A DNA stretch of 64,000 bases from Bacteroidia bacterium. GTDB lineage: Bacteria; Bacteroidota; Bacteroidia; J057. The DNA is taken from assembly GCA_041391725.1 (NCBI GenBank), contig JAWKNL010000032.1:1550-65549 (forward strand), written 5' to 3'. Made by a program: the position numbers and the translations under genes. Of this stretch, positions 1-10,594 are shown in pieces (positions within the stretch are counted from its first letter, which is position 1; each line of letters opens with the position of its first letter). The notes under the pieces were generated by a model that saw only the letters and a list, made by a program, of their open reading frames with translations, searched no databases and was not told where the DNA came from.

Positions 1-1
1 G

Positions 2-160
2 GAAGTATTTGACCTGGGAATCAAAAATTTTAACCCTGATTTGCTGGAAAAACTGGCGATTAAGGTTAAGGAAGTAACAAATATTACAACCCGGATGACC
101 GATAAAGATTTTCTCGAAACCATCCTCCGCGACTACAATCATGTGTATGGAAAAGAATAA
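2..160 (+). CDS. 3' end of an unidentified gene entering from the left edge
   Basis: Frame 2 is open from the window edge (EVFDLGIKNFNPDLLEKLAIKV...HVYGKE) to TAA at 158-160. No family recognised. Confidence 0.3.
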   Translation, partial: EVFDLGIKNFNPDLLEKLAIKVKEVTNITTRMTDKDFLETILRDYNHVYGKE

Positions 161-406
161 TCAGATCATATTTTGAGCAAAGATTATTCCCCCCGACTAA
201 AAAAAGTAGTTAATACAATTTTTGTATTAAATTTTTTAGCAATACGCGGTGTGAAAAATAGAATTTTCAGAAAATAACAGGTAAGATTTGATTATTCACA
301 TAAATAATGTCTATATTCATACCTGTTTCCCATCGTCCCCAACGTTCAGCCGATTTTTGAGTTCCGGTATCAGGCAAAGCGATACGAATTAATCTTTAAC
401 CTTGCT

Positions 407-1276
407 GTGAGTATGAAGCATGTATTTACCCCTCTTATCGTATTATTTCTTGGAATAAATTGCCTGGCACAACCCGTTTCGTTTTCGGAAAAAATCAAAT
501 GGGACACCCCTCAGTTCCCCAGGTCGTTTATTCTTCGCAAAGATATAAAAGCTATTCATGTCAAAAGCTTTGTAGGAAAATCAACGCCCGCAGGTGTATC
601 GGATTCTGGAGTTACCTACGAATATGACACCAAAGGGAATCTCATCCAGGTAGTCGAAGTTGCCAGCAAAGACACCAGCCGCATTTATGATTACAAATAT
701 ACGGCCAGTGGCGTTTTGGGATGGCAACACCTCAAAGACAATGTCTGGAACAAAAGCTACAAATCAGGCTACAGGTTCAACTCTCACCGAAAAGTATTTC
801 AGGTTAAATCCTACGAAATGCTCCACAACAATGAGGTGATGCTCCTCCACACCAAAGAATATGTCTATGACGACGACAGCACCCTCATCGCTGTCAGGTG
901 GATGGAAAACAACCGGGTGGTCAAAGTCAACCGTTACGAATACGAAAAAGGCATGATCAAAGCCGAATCTTTCGAAAACGGAAATGGCGATCTTATCAAA
1001 AAAATTCTTTACGACTACAATTCTGATGGTCTCATCGCCATGGTGACCACCAAAAATGAGCAAAGTACGTTAGGAGAACAGTATGTTTATGATTACAACA
1101 CCCGCGGCGATATTACTCGGGTTGCCTGGAAATCTGAAGGCTCACTCCGCGGTACGGTTACTTATACTTATGACAATATGGGCATGCTTGTAAAGATGAA
1201 CCGTGAAATCATTGACCCCCGCTCGCAGGAAGCCAACCTGTGTCAGGTTTTTGAATATGAAAAATTCAGTCGCTGA
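407..1276 (+). CDS. secreted protein with short YD/RHS-like repeats
   Basis: Signal peptide MSMKHVFTPLIVLFLGINCLAQ. Recurrent YxYD motifs (YEYDTKGNL, YVYDDDSTL, LYDYNSDGL, YVYDYNTRGD, YTYDNMGML). Followed by a terminator hairpin. Confidence 0.6.
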   Translation: MSMKHVFTPLIVLFLGINCLAQPVSFSEKIKWDTPQFPRSFILRKDIKAIHVKSFVGKSTPAGVSDSGVTYEYDTKGNLIQVVEVASKDTSRIYDYKYTASGVLGWQHLKDNVWNKSYKSGYRFNSHRKVFQVKSYEMLHNNEVMLLHTKEYVYDDDSTLIAVRWMENNRVVKVNRYEYEKGMIKAESFENGNGDLIKKILYDYNSDGLIAMVTTKNEQSTLGEQYVYDYNTRGDITRVAWKSEGSLRGTVTYTYDNMGMLVKMNREIIDPRSQEANLCQVFEYEKFSR

Positions 1277-1329
1277 ATATAGATATATACTACTACTCAA
1301 TACTTGCCTCACGTGAATGACGTGTACAA

Positions 1330-1358
1330 AATCCCCGGACGAACCGGGGATTTTTTTT
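1330..1358 (+). terminator. rho-independent terminator
   Basis: Stem atccccgg / ccggggat with a 5-nt loop, followed by a T8 run. It lies inside the 5' extension of the 1317 ORF, which argues for the downstream start at 1374. Confidence 0.6.
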
Positions 1359-1373
1359 AAAACCACCAACTTT

Positions 1374-2138
1374 ATGCTGCTACAACCCATTAAAGCAATC
1401 ACTCTGATCGCATTGTCCTGCTTTCTGGCGATCTCCCTCCACATACATGCGCAGGTTCCCGATTCACCCTATAATCTTACCCTCAAAAAAGACCTTCCTA
1501 TCACTATTGGGGCTGTATCCCTTTCCATAGGCAGTCAGCAATTTCAGCGATACATAAAACCCCTGACTCCTGCTCAGCTCTCTTCCCTCGACCGTATGCA
1601 AATCAACCGTTTTGACCGGCCAACTTCTTACAACTGGCGACTTTCCGCCAAAAAAGGCAGCGATATAGTTGGAATGGGTGCGATCCTGCTCCCGGTAACC
1701 CTGCTTGCTTTTAAACCGGTAAGAGAAGATTTTCCGGAAATACTGATAATGGGCATTCAGACTATTTCTATCACCAATGGAATTACTGGATTTACAAAAG
1801 CTGCCGTACGCAGAAACCGCCCTTTCACCTATATAGATGCAACCGGCAACAGCGACCTCGCTGATGCACAATTAAAACGAGATGCAAGGTTTTCCTTTTT
1901 TTCTGGCCATACCTCGCTTAGTGCTTCCTCTACTTTTTTTCTGGCAAAAGTCTATAGTGACTATTATCCCCGATCCAGAGCAAAACCTTTTGTCTGGACC
2001 GGGGCTGTCATTTTGCCCGCAATTGTGGGTGCATTGCGGGTTCGCTCCGGCAAACACTTTCCCACAGATGTGATTACCGGCTATGTCGTCGGGGCTGCTG
2101 TGGGTTTTCTTACGCCCCAGTTACATAAAAATTTCTGA
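1374..2138 (+). CDS. PAP2-family membrane phosphatase
   Basis: The three PAP2 motifs are present: KAAVRRNRP, FSGHTS and RVRSGKHFPTDV. Several TM segments. Start moved to the ATG at 1374, after the terminator. Confidence 0.8.
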   Translation: MLLQPIKAITLIALSCFLAISLHIHAQVPDSPYNLTLKKDLPITIGAVSLSIGSQQFQRYIKPLTPAQLSSLDRMQINRFDRPTSYNWRLSAKKGSDIVGMGAILLPVTLLAFKPVREDFPEILIMGIQTISITNGITGFTKAAVRRNRPFTYIDATGNSDLADAQLKRDARFSFFSGHTSLSASSTFFLAKVYSDYYPRSRAKPFVWTGAVILPAIVGALRVRSGKHFPTDVITGYVVGAAVGFLTPQLHKNF

Positions 2139-3803
2139 TCAGTGTACCACAACCCTGCGTAGTGTTTGGCCGTTTTCTGTGCGTATCTGAAGCAGGTAAA
2201 TTCCGGCAGGAATACCCTGTACATCCACATTTTTTACCAGATGCTGCGTCTGGGCATTCCTTTCGCGGAAAATAACTTTTCCGGTCAGATCCAGCAGGCT
2301 GATATTCACCTCCTGAATTTTGTCAAGGGTTACGGAAAGAGTAAACGCACCGGAAGTTGGGTTAGGGAAAACAGAAATTTCGCGGAACCCGGCAGCCAGT
2401 TCGTCTTCAATCCCTACATAGTCGCTGATTTCGACGGAGTCTGTGACCTCACAGCCGTTTGCATCTGTGACGGTAACATAAAACACGCCACCAGAACTGC
2501 TTACACTATCGATACTATTACCTGTATCGCCGGTATCCCATAGGTAAGTATAAGGCGGGGTTCCTCCGGCAGGCGTTACAATTGCAGAGCCATAGGTTCC
2601 AAATCCGGGGTCAATCTTGCTGAAAGAAAGTGCGAGCGAATCAGGTTGCTCTACCGTGATGTTGATATCTTCCACACAACCTACCTCATCGGTGACCAGT
2701 ACCTGCACTACACCGGCGGCAAGTCCGGTAGCTGTTGCACCTGTCTGCGGAGGGGTAGTCTGCCAGTCATAAGTATAACTGCCGATACCGCCTGAAACAG
2801 CCACGGTTGCAGCACCGTCTGATTCACCGAAGCAGGAAGGTTCATCCACCTGTCCGGCACTCAGTGAAAGCGCTGCGGGTTCAGTAAGGGAAAAACTTTG
2901 CGTCGTGGCGCAGCCTACGGCGTCTGTAACCGTTACATTGTAAGAACCACCGGCAACACCTGAAAGAGTGGCCGTGGTGTCTCCGGTTGACCAGGAGTAG
3001 GAATACGCACCTGTACCTCCTGATACATTGAGGCTGATGCTTCCTCCGGCATTTCCGGCGCAGCCGGCCCAGTTGGTCGTATCCAGTGCAACAACAGGGG
3101 CATTCCCGTTGGTGCCGACATTGGCAACAAAACTACTGCTGCAACCATCGGGCCCTGTGACCAGCACAGAGTAGGCTCCCGGGGCCAGGTTGCCGATGGT
3201 AGAAGTGGTATCACCATTGCTCCAGAGAAAAGAGAAAGGCCCGGCGCCTGAGGGCGAAACCAGCGCAATACCATCATTGGCACCGCAATTGGCATCAGAG
3301 ACGGAAACAGTTGCCGATATACCCGGATTTACAATCAGGTCATAATACCCGGGAAAATTGGTTGGGATAATCTGTGGAGTACCGATAACCGTAAGATAGG
3401 TATTGGTAACAATATCTATAGAAAAAGTGTCAGCCACGGTGGCAGTTCCCGATACAAGGATACAATAGCTGGATCCACCGGGAAATACGCAGTTGGTAGG
3501 CACACACTGGTAGGTAAGTCCGGCAGGAAGCCCGGCCACACTGCTGAGAACCACAGAGTCGATCGGCACGGTGATAGGGCCAAAAGGACTGGAAAATACC
3601 GTATCTGGTGGCACAACAAGGGTAATCGAAACAGAATAAGGCGCGTTGGCGCAGGCAGGGGGAAGTACTGCAGGATATACGCCTGCAGCCGTGAAAGAAG
3701 GATCAGGTGTACATACCTGACCCAGTGCGGGAGTTGCATTACCGGCAAGGAGGAGTAAAGCTACCCAAAAAGCAGAGGGAATCAGTTTTCTCATGGAATT
3801 CAA
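2139..3803 (-). CDS. T9SS-secreted surface protein with four SprB-type repeats
   Basis: Signal peptide. Four ~70-aa repeats (C.G..DG.A.V...GG..PY.Y.W). C-terminal Por/T9SS sorting domain (FPNPTSGAFTLSV...GIYLLQIRTENGQ). Confidence 0.75.
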   Translation of the reverse strand: MNSMRKLIPSAFWVALLLLAGNATPALGQVCTPDPSFTAAGVYPAVLPPACANAPYSVSITLVVPPDTVFSSPFGPITVPIDSVVLSSVAGLPAGLTYQCVPTNCVFPGGSSYCILVSGTATVADTFSIDIVTNTYLTVIGTPQIIPTNFPGYYDLIVNPGISATVSVSDANCGANDGIALVSPSGAGPFSFLWSNGDTTSTIGNLAPGAYSVLVTGPDGCSSSFVANVGTNGNAPVVALDTTNWAGCAGNAGGSISLNVSGGTGAYSYSWSTGDTTATLSGVAGGSYNVTVTDAVGCATTQSFSLTEPAALSLSAGQVDEPSCFGESDGAATVAVSGGIGSYTYDWQTTPPQTGATATGLAAGVVQVLVTDEVGCVEDINITVEQPDSLALSFSKIDPGFGTYGSAIVTPAGGTPPYTYLWDTGDTGNSIDSVSSSGGVFYVTVTDANGCEVTDSVEISDYVGIEDELAAGFREISVFPNPTSGAFTLSVTLDKIQEVNISLLDLTGKVIFRERNAQTQHLVKNVDVQGIPAGIYLLQIRTENGQTLRRVVVH

Positions 3804-3987
3804 GGTTTGGTAAATTTTCGTGAATGATACAGCTTAATAAACAGGTTCGTTGAATGATTAAGGAAAAACGATCGTTACTTATTATGTATTTCTAATATTT
3901 TTTCGATTATGTCATACTCAAGACATCCATTTATCTGTACAGGTTGCTAATTCATATTCAAATTACATATTTAAGAACAAACCATTT

Positions 3988-4764
3988 ATGAAAAGCTCTC
4001 TTTATTTCCTTTTACCTGTTCCTGCTCTTTTTCTGTTCTTTATCAACACGGCCACTCCGGCTCTCGCTACACCCGGAAACACATTTACAACAACAGAAAC
4101 CGCGATTACCCCATCGTCCATTACTCACGCTGAATGGGACTTTTTGCTGAAAAAATACGTATCGGCAGAGGGGAAAGTAGATTATAAAGGATTCAAAGCG
4201 GATAAAGCCAAACTGGAGGTTTATCTCAAAAAACTGAGCAACAATCCACCTGCCCAGGACTGGTCAGCGAAGGACAAACTAGCCTATTGGATCAATGTAT
4301 ATAATGCCTTTACCGTCAAACTTATTGTGGACAATTATCCGCTCAAAAGCATCAAAGACATCGGCGAACCCTGGGACAAAAAGTTTATTAACATCGGTAG
4401 TAAAACCTATAGCCTCAACGAAGTGGAAAACCAGATCATTCGCAAAGAGTTTTCGGAACCGCGTATTCACTTTGCGGTCAATTGTGCTTCTTTCTCCTGT
4501 CCTGCACTCCTGAATGAAGCTTATACTGCCGATAAGCTCGAAGCCCAGTTGGAAAAGCAGACCAAAGCTTATATCAATAATGCCCTGCACAATACAATTA
4601 CGACAAACAAAGCGCAGGTTTCGCAGTTGTTCAATTGGTATGCAGATGATTTTAAGAAATCGGCAGGTTCGGTTTCTGCATTCATCAACAAATACTCAGC
4701 CGTGAAAATCAAGGATGACTCCAAACTCACCTACAAAGAATATGGCTGGAGTCTGAACGAATAA
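3988..4764 (+). CDS. DUF547 domain protein (secreted)
   Basis: Signal peptide. DUF547 hallmarks AYWINVYNAFTV and HFAVNCASFSCPAL. Confidence 0.75.
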   Translation: MKSSLYFLLPVPALFLFFINTATPALATPGNTFTTTETAITPSSITHAEWDFLLKKYVSAEGKVDYKGFKADKAKLEVYLKKLSNNPPAQDWSAKDKLAYWINVYNAFTVKLIVDNYPLKSIKDIGEPWDKKFINIGSKTYSLNEVENQIIRKEFSEPRIHFAVNCASFSCPALLNEAYTADKLEAQLEKQTKAYINNALHNTITTNKAQVSQLFNWYADDFKKSAGSVSAFINKYSAVKIKDDSKLTYKEYGWSLNE

Positions 4765-4785
4765 GATGTAGTGGATTTTTGTGAA

Positions 4786-4821
4786 AGCCGGCGCAGGTCA
4801 TCTCACCTGTGCCGGTTTTTT
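4786..4821. terminator. hairpin between convergent genes (DUF547 / rarA)
   Basis: agccggcgcaggt ... acctgtgccggtt (one mismatch) followed by T5-6. The T-run abuts the rarA stop codon at 4820-4822. Confidence 0.5.
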
Positions 4822-6115
4822 ATTGATACTTTTTCCCCCATTGTTTTTCGAGGAATTGCCTGATTTTGATTTCGCCCCCGATATTTTTGGGGAAATAAAA
4901 TTGTTTACCATTCATTTCTGCCGGCAAAAACTCCTGATGGTTTTCTTCTCCCTGAAAGTCGTGAGAATATTTATAACCCTTGCCGTAATCCATTTCCCGC
5001 ATGAGTTTTGTAGGCGCATTGCGGAGATGTAGCGGAACCGGAAAAGCCGGCTGGTCTTTTACGAAAGCCATGGCACTGTCAATGGCACTATAGGCGGCAT
5101 TGGACTTTTCACAGGTAGCGAGATAAGTAGTGGCCTGAGACAAAATGATTCTCGCCTCCGGAAGCCCGATCACATTCACAGACTGAAAGCAGGCATTTGC
5201 CAGCAAAAGCGCATTGGGGTTGGCGTTGCCAATATCTTCAGCCGCGAGAATAATCAGCCTTCGGGCCACAAATTTTACATCTTCCCCCCCGTCGAGCATC
5301 CGGGCAAGATAATACACTGCTGCATTGGGGTCCCCGCCCCGCACAGACTTGATAAATGCAGATATCAGGTCATAATGCTGTTCCCCGCTTTTATCATACA
5401 GTGCGACATGTTCCTGTGCCGCAGCAAGCAGTTCGTCATTGGTTACGACTACCTTCTCTTGTTCGGGAATGGTATTGACAAATATTTCCAGCAGGGTAAG
5501 ACTTTTGCGCGCATCCCCTCCGGCGATGCGGTAAATGGCATCAATTTCTTTGAGCTCAATCTCCCGCTTTGAAAGGAGTTCATCCTTTTTTATGGCATGG
5601 GTGAGCAACGTTCGCACATCTTCGAAGGAGAGCGGTTTCAGGGTATATACCTGGCTTCGGGAGAGCAAAGCTGCATTCACCTCAAAGGAAGGGTTTTCGG
5701 TCGTGGCGCCAATAAGCGTAATCCGTCCCTTTTCCACAGCACCGAGGAGCGAATCCTGCTGGGCTTTATTGAACCTGTGGATTTCGTCGATAAACAAAAC
5801 CGTACCCGGTCTTCCCTCTGCAAATTTCAGCACTTCGCGAACCTCCTTCACGCCGGAGGAAACGGCGCTCAGTTGCCGGAACGGCCGTTTGGAGGTCTGA
5901 GCGATAATCTGCGCAAGCGTTGTTTTGCCCACACCCGGAGGGCCCCAGAAAATCATCGACGGCAGTCGGTTGCTCTGCAACGACCGTACAAAAGGGCTGT
6001 CAGGAAAGATCAGATGGCTCTGGCCGATCACTTCATCCAGCGATTGAGGGCGGATGCGCTCGGCCAGCGGTGCCGTATGAGAAGGCGAGGGTGATGGGGT
6101 ATGGAAAAGATCCAT
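4820..6115 (-). CDS. rarA: replication-associated recombination protein A (AAA+ ATPase)
   Basis: LAERIRPQSLDEVIGQ, Walker A FWGPPGVGKTTLA, Walker B LFIDEIHRFNKAQQD, MgsA C-terminal helical domain. Confidence 0.9.
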   Translation of the reverse strand: MDLFHTPSPSPSHTAPLAERIRPQSLDEVIGQSHLIFPDSPFVRSLQSNRLPSMIFWGPPGVGKTTLAQIIAQTSKRPFRQLSAVSSGVKEVREVLKFAEGRPGTVLFIDEIHRFNKAQQDSLLGAVEKGRITLIGATTENPSFEVNAALLSRSQVYTLKPLSFEDVRTLLTHAIKKDELLSKREIELKEIDAIYRIAGGDARKSLTLLEIFVNTIPEQEKVVVTNDELLAAAQEHVALYDKSGEQHYDLISAFIKSVRGGDPNAAVYYLARMLDGGEDVKFVARRLIILAAEDIGNANPNALLLANACFQSVNVIGLPEARIILSQATTYLATCEKSNAAYSAIDSAMAFVKDQPAFPVPLHLRNAPTKLMREMDYGKGYKYSHDFQGEENHQEFLPAEMNGKQFYFPKNIGGEIKIRQFLEKQWGKKYQ

Positions 6116-6218
6116 TGTTGATACCGGTTTTTTGCAATTTACAAACTTTCTTCCGGTAGTATTTTGGGAAAGGTTGTTTAAATTGCGTTCGCTTTTATCA
6201 AATCAGAACCCCCGTATT

Positions 6219-7304
6219 ATGTCCCGGAAAACAGAACTCTACGCCATTCACGAACAACTCGGTGCCAAACTTATTCCCTTTGCCGGTTATGACATGCCGG
6301 TGCGTTATCAGAGCGACAAGGCCGAACACCTGGCGGTAAGGGAAGCCGCGGGTATTTTTGATGTTTCACATATGGGCGAATTTATTGTCAGGGGGCCGAA
6401 AGCACTGGAGCTGATCCAGAAAATCTCTTCCAATGATGCGTCAAAGCTGGAGCCGGGAAAAGCGCAATACTGTTGTATGCCCAACCATGAAGGGGGAATA
6501 GTGGATGATATGATCGTCTATTATATCCGGGAAGACCAGTATATGATCGTGGTAAATGCCTCCAATATTGAAAAGGACTGGAACTGGATCAGCCAAAGCA
6601 ATACCATGGGAGCAGAAATGATCAATATTTCTGACGAAACCTCCCTGATCGCTGTCTCAGGCCCCAAAGCTGAAGCCATTGTACAGCAGTTTACCACCTA
6701 CGATCTTTCGCAGATGGGAACCTATTATTGTTTTAAAGGCACATTTGACGGGGCAGAAAAATCAATGGTAGCGACTACCGGATACACCGGCGAGAGAACC
6801 TTTGAAATATTTGTATATAACCAGCATGCAGTCCGAATCTGGAATAATCTGATGGAAGCAGGACAGGCCCACGGGCTTATTCCTGCGGGTCTGGGCGCCC
6901 GCGACACGCTGCGACTGGAAATGGGCTATATGCTTTACGGCAACGATATCAACGATACCACCTCGCCGCTGGAAGCGGGTCTGGGCTGGATTACCAGGCT
7001 CGGTAAAGGCCCATTCAACGGGTCGGAGGCACTCAACCGGCAAAAGGCCGAAGGCCTCCGCCGCAAACTCGTAGGGTTTGAAATGGTTGACAAAGGCATT
7101 CCCCGCCATGGATATAAAGTCGCGGTAAACGGCCAGGAAATAGGGGAAGTTACCTCGGGTACCATCAGCCCGCTGCGCAATATTGGTATAGGCATGGCTT
7201 ATGTACCTACAGAGTTTTCGGCCCTCGATACGGAAATTGATATTGTGATCAGAGACAAAGCGGTAAAAGCAAAAGTGGCCAGACGACCGTTTATTCAAAA
7301 ATAA
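6219..7304 (+). CDS. gcvT: glycine cleavage system aminomethyltransferase T
   Basis: MSRKTELYAIHEQLGAKLIPFAGYDMPVRY...FDVSHMGEF..., full-length GcvT pattern. Start set at the ATG at 6219 rather than the ORF-track start. Confidence 0.9.
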   Translation: MSRKTELYAIHEQLGAKLIPFAGYDMPVRYQSDKAEHLAVREAAGIFDVSHMGEFIVRGPKALELIQKISSNDASKLEPGKAQYCCMPNHEGGIVDDMIVYYIREDQYMIVVNASNIEKDWNWISQSNTMGAEMINISDETSLIAVSGPKAEAIVQQFTTYDLSQMGTYYCFKGTFDGAEKSMVATTGYTGERTFEIFVYNQHAVRIWNNLMEAGQAHGLIPAGLGARDTLRLEMGYMLYGNDINDTTSPLEAGLGWITRLGKGPFNGSEALNRQKAEGLRRKLVGFEMVDKGIPRHGYKVAVNGQEIGEVTSGTISPLRNIGIGMAYVPTEFSALDTEIDIVIRDKAVKAKVARRPFIQK

Positions 7305-7477
7305 CACGCATCTGTTAAGAGATTCGCTTTTTGCACAACTTCTCATAGCAAAAATCCGTATTTCTTAAGCATATACGCCTCCCGCAGCAAGGTATATTCT
7401 CTGAATACTTCGTAAGATAATAATATAAAAAAACCGGAATTAAACCCGGGCAACTGGCGAACTTTGTCTCACAGCTT

Positions 7478-10400
7478 ATGCGACAAAAACTACCCATATG
7501 GATTTCGATCGCCTTCGGCATTGCCCTGATCGTGCTCGCCACGCTGTACTCTACTGCACCACGGGAACGCACCATTTCAGCTCCCTTTCTGGATGAAAAT
7601 TCGCGGTGGGCGGATTCTGTGCTGCGAAAAATGACCATTTACGAAAAAATCGGCCAACTGCTGATGGTCGTTGCCGAGCCCGATACCACAGAAAGAGAAT
7701 TCCCCCTGACACACCTCCTCACCGAATTTCATGTCGGCGGTGTCGCTTTCAGAGATTATGATGCCACACAGCAATGGCAACGCTCGCATATATACCAGCA
7801 GGTTTCCTCGCGCCCGCTTCTTGTGGGAATGTACAGTTCACCCGCACAGGATGATCTGGTGGCTATGCCTGCCGATATTTCCCTGGCTGCCATTGACAAT
7901 GATTCGCTGATATCACGCATCGGAAAAAACCTCGCGGTTCAGTCCAATAAGATGGGCGTCCATCTGTATTTTACCCCTTTCATCGCCAAAGATCAGCGAC
8001 CCGAAAACCGAAGGCAAATCATGAGAAAGGTACTCGCGGTGTCGGAAGCGCTGCAACAACAGTGGGTGATGTCCTGTCCGGGGTATGCAGAAGTATATTT
8101 CCCGCTGGAAACCGATTCTTTGCTCATCGACAGCCTGCTTTCGCCTTATGATACCCTTGCAGACAGAGGTGTATCCGGGTTTCTGATAGGAGGGGAGGAA
8201 CTGGATAAAGTAAAAATCAATTCTGCCAAAGAGGAACTGGTGCGCTCCTATCTTTCTGCCCATACGACTTTCAGAGGATTGCTGATAGCCGAAGCTACAG
8301 GGCCAGATCGCACCTCGGTTGAGGATCGCGCCAAAAAAGCCATGAAAGCAGGGGCAGACATGTTGGTTGCGGCCAAAAAAGATATTCCACTGGTGTATCA
8401 GGTACTGGTAGAAATGGCAGGAAGGGAAAAGCTGACCGAAGAAATCCTGAATGAAAAAGTTCACCGCATCCTGCTCGCCAAGTCGTGGGCACACGCGCCT
8501 GCTTCTTATGCCGAGGCAGACTTCCGCAAAGAACTGCCTTTAAATCCGGAGCTCAACCGGGTGTTTAACCGACAGGTAGCCGAAGCGTCTATTACCCTTC
8601 TGCGCGACGACCATCAGCTTATTCCCTTCAGACAACTCCGGGAAAAAAAATTCCACCTGCTGACTATCGGGGATGAGACCATAGACATGCTCAATCAGCT
8701 CCGCTGGTATGCGCCTTTCAGCCGCTCAAGGCTTACCCGTAAAAACGACGGTGCCCTTCCGCGCCTTGACGTCAGGTTTTTCTCAGGTTACAATCCTGTG
8801 ATTGTCGCTTTCCATCGGGAAGCTCCCGATCCTTCCCGTGATTCTCTGTTTTTGCAGACGCTCAATCAACTGATGGCCCGCACACCGGTAGTCATTGTGA
8901 ACCTGGGCGATCCGCATCATCTCGACCAGATACCACAGGCAGAGACGATGGTGCAGGTTTACGGCGATACCCATCAGAATGAGGCGCTTGCCGCGCAGCT
9001 TCTGTTTGGCGGTATCTCTTCAGGAGGACGAATACCGTGGCATATAAGCGATACCCTTGCTTACCGGCAGGGACTTTCACGGGCGGTTACAAGATTGACC
9101 TATATCCAGCCAGAAGCTGCCGGGATGGACAGCAGGATACTTTCCCGAATTGATTCGATCGTATATGAAGGGATAGGCACTTTTGCTATGCCCGGCTGTC
9201 AGGTATTTGTCGCCAAAAGCGGGAAAGTGGTATATCACAAATCCTTTGGCCATCCGACCTACGCCTCTCCGGTCTGGGTCAACCCGACCGATATGTATGA
9301 CATCGCCTCTGTCACCAAAGTTGCCGCCACCACTGTGGCTGCCATGTATCTGGTTGACAAAAAACGCATCAGTCCGGCTGACCCGCTGGGAAGATTTTTT
9401 AAAGATCAGATGATCATTACTGACTCCGTATATCGGCGCGACACCCTTTTTATTGTTGATTCGCTATATGTGGCCGAATCTCCCTCGGAACCTTTTGAAG
9501 AAACAGATTCAACAGAAACCGGAAAATCGCCCTTTATCCTTGTGGCACAACGGCAGCCCGATCCTTCCACCCGGGTTGATACATTCCGCAAAGGCGATTC
9601 GCTGATGGTGATACGCTCCTATCTCCGGGGAAAAATGCGGGTTAAGTCGCCTGTTTTTTCCCTCACCCTTGAAGAGCTGATGACCCACCATTCGGGGCTT
9701 CCGGCAGGGCTTCCTATTTTGCCTTATCTGCGTTACCGCAATAAGTTTGTAGGGCGTTTTGACCGGTATTTCAAACCACGGGAAGACAGTCTGTACAATA
9801 TTGAAGTGGCCAACGGATTTTATCTGCGGCATGATTACAGAGATTCGCTGTGGAAGGCCGCCAAGTCTATGTCCATCAACCCCAAAAAGACTTACGAATA
9901 CAGCGACGCCAATATGATTCTGGTGCAGATGGCTATCGATTCGCTTACAGAGGAATCTATCGGCAGTTTTCTCGCAAGGGAAATCTACGAACCGCTGGGT
10001 ATGCAAAACGCCCGGTTTAATCCGCGGAAAACCGTTGATCCGGAGCGGCTTATTCCCACCGAATACGACAACAACTGGCGGGGGCAGTTGCTCAAGGGGA
10101 ATGTACACGATCCCACCGCCGCCCTCCTCGGCGGGGAGGCAGGCAACGCAGGCTTGTTTACCAATGCCAACGACCTGGGTATTTTGTTTCAGATGATTCT
10201 GAACGGCGGTTCTTACGGCGGAGAAACCTATATGAGTCCGCAGACCGTATCCATGTTTACCAACGCTGTAAAAGGCAACCGCGGGCTGGGTTTTGACAAA
10301 CCCCCGCTTTACGGAGAATATATCATCGGAAGCAGGGCGTCTCAGGCCTCCTTTGGGCATACCGGCTTTACCGGTACATGCGTATGGGTTGACCCGGAAT

Positions 10401-10540
10401 CTGAACTGGTATATATATTCCTTTCCAACCGCGTACATCCCAAAAGCAATAACTGGAAACTCAACACGCTGCAAATCCGGCAGCGCATCCACGACGTGAT
10501 TTACGAGGCGATGGATGCAGGTGTGCAATCTTCTCTTTAG
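7478..10540 (+). CDS. fusion protein: GH3-like N-terminal domain plus beta-lactamase-related serine hydrolase
   Basis: N-terminal TM/signal anchor. NagZ/GH3-like N-terminal region. C-terminal half has SxxK (ASVTKV), YSDAN and HTG (GHTGFTGT) motifs of the class C/PBP4*-like hydrolases. Confidence 0.7.
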   Translation: MRQKLPIWISIAFGIALIVLATLYSTAPRERTISAPFLDENSRWADSVLRKMTIYEKIGQLLMVVAEPDTTEREFPLTHLLTEFHVGGVAFRDYDATQQWQRSHIYQQVSSRPLLVGMYSSPAQDDLVAMPADISLAAIDNDSLISRIGKNLAVQSNKMGVHLYFTPFIAKDQRPENRRQIMRKVLAVSEALQQQWVMSCPGYAEVYFPLETDSLLIDSLLSPYDTLADRGVSGFLIGGEELDKVKINSAKEELVRSYLSAHTTFRGLLIAEATGPDRTSVEDRAKKAMKAGADMLVAAKKDIPLVYQVLVEMAGREKLTEEILNEKVHRILLAKSWAHAPASYAEADFRKELPLNPELNRVFNRQVAEASITLLRDDHQLIPFRQLREKKFHLLTIGDETIDMLNQLRWYAPFSRSRLTRKNDGALPRLDVRFFSGYNPVIVAFHREAPDPSRDSLFLQTLNQLMARTPVVIVNLGDPHHLDQIPQAETMVQVYGDTHQNEALAAQLLFGGISSGGRIPWHISDTLAYRQGLSRAVTRLTYIQPEAAGMDSRILSRIDSIVYEGIGTFAMPGCQVFVAKSGKVVYHKSFGHPTYASPVWVNPTDMYDIASVTKVAATTVAAMYLVDKKRISPADPLGRFFKDQMIITDSVYRRDTLFIVDSLYVAESPSEPFEETDSTETGKSPFILVAQRQPDPSTRVDTFRKGDSLMVIRSYLRGKMRVKSPVFSLTLEELMTHHSGLPAGLPILPYLRYRNKFVGRFDRYFKPREDSLYNIEVANGFYLRHDYRDSLWKAAKSMSINPKKTYEYSDANMILVQMAIDSLTEESIGSFLAREIYEPLGMQNARFNPRKTVDPERLIPTEYDNNWRGQLLKGNVHDPTAALLGGEAGNAGLFTNANDLGILFQMILNGGSYGGETYMSPQTVSMFTNAVKGNRGLGFDKPPLYGEYIIGSRASQASFGHTGFTGTCVWVDPESELVYIFLSNRVHPKSNNWKLNTLQIRQRIHDVIYEAMDAGVQSSL

Positions 10541-10594
10541 ATTACTGGAGTACCTGATGTTTTTGCCTGATCAGATTTCAGATTATATTGATGC

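Noticed and set aside
1317-1373. ORF-track N-terminal extensions (also 6132-6218, 22826-22990, 29309-29347, 43997-44062, 50492-50557, 53616-53723, 55147-55224)
   Set aside because: The extensions cross terminator hairpins or repeat arrays, or they precede an internal ATG that yields a canonical signal peptide or conserved N-terminus.
6116-6218. Glycine riboswitch upstream of gcvT
   Set aside because: I could not find the conserved GGAGAG...CACCG-type cores or tandem aptamer stems. The leader is only ~100 nt and AT-rich.
9509-10528. 339-aa minus-strand ORF inside the GH3/beta-lactamase fusion gene
   Set aside because: Antisense to a coding region with clear SxxK/HTG motifs. It has an odd composition and no recognisable family.
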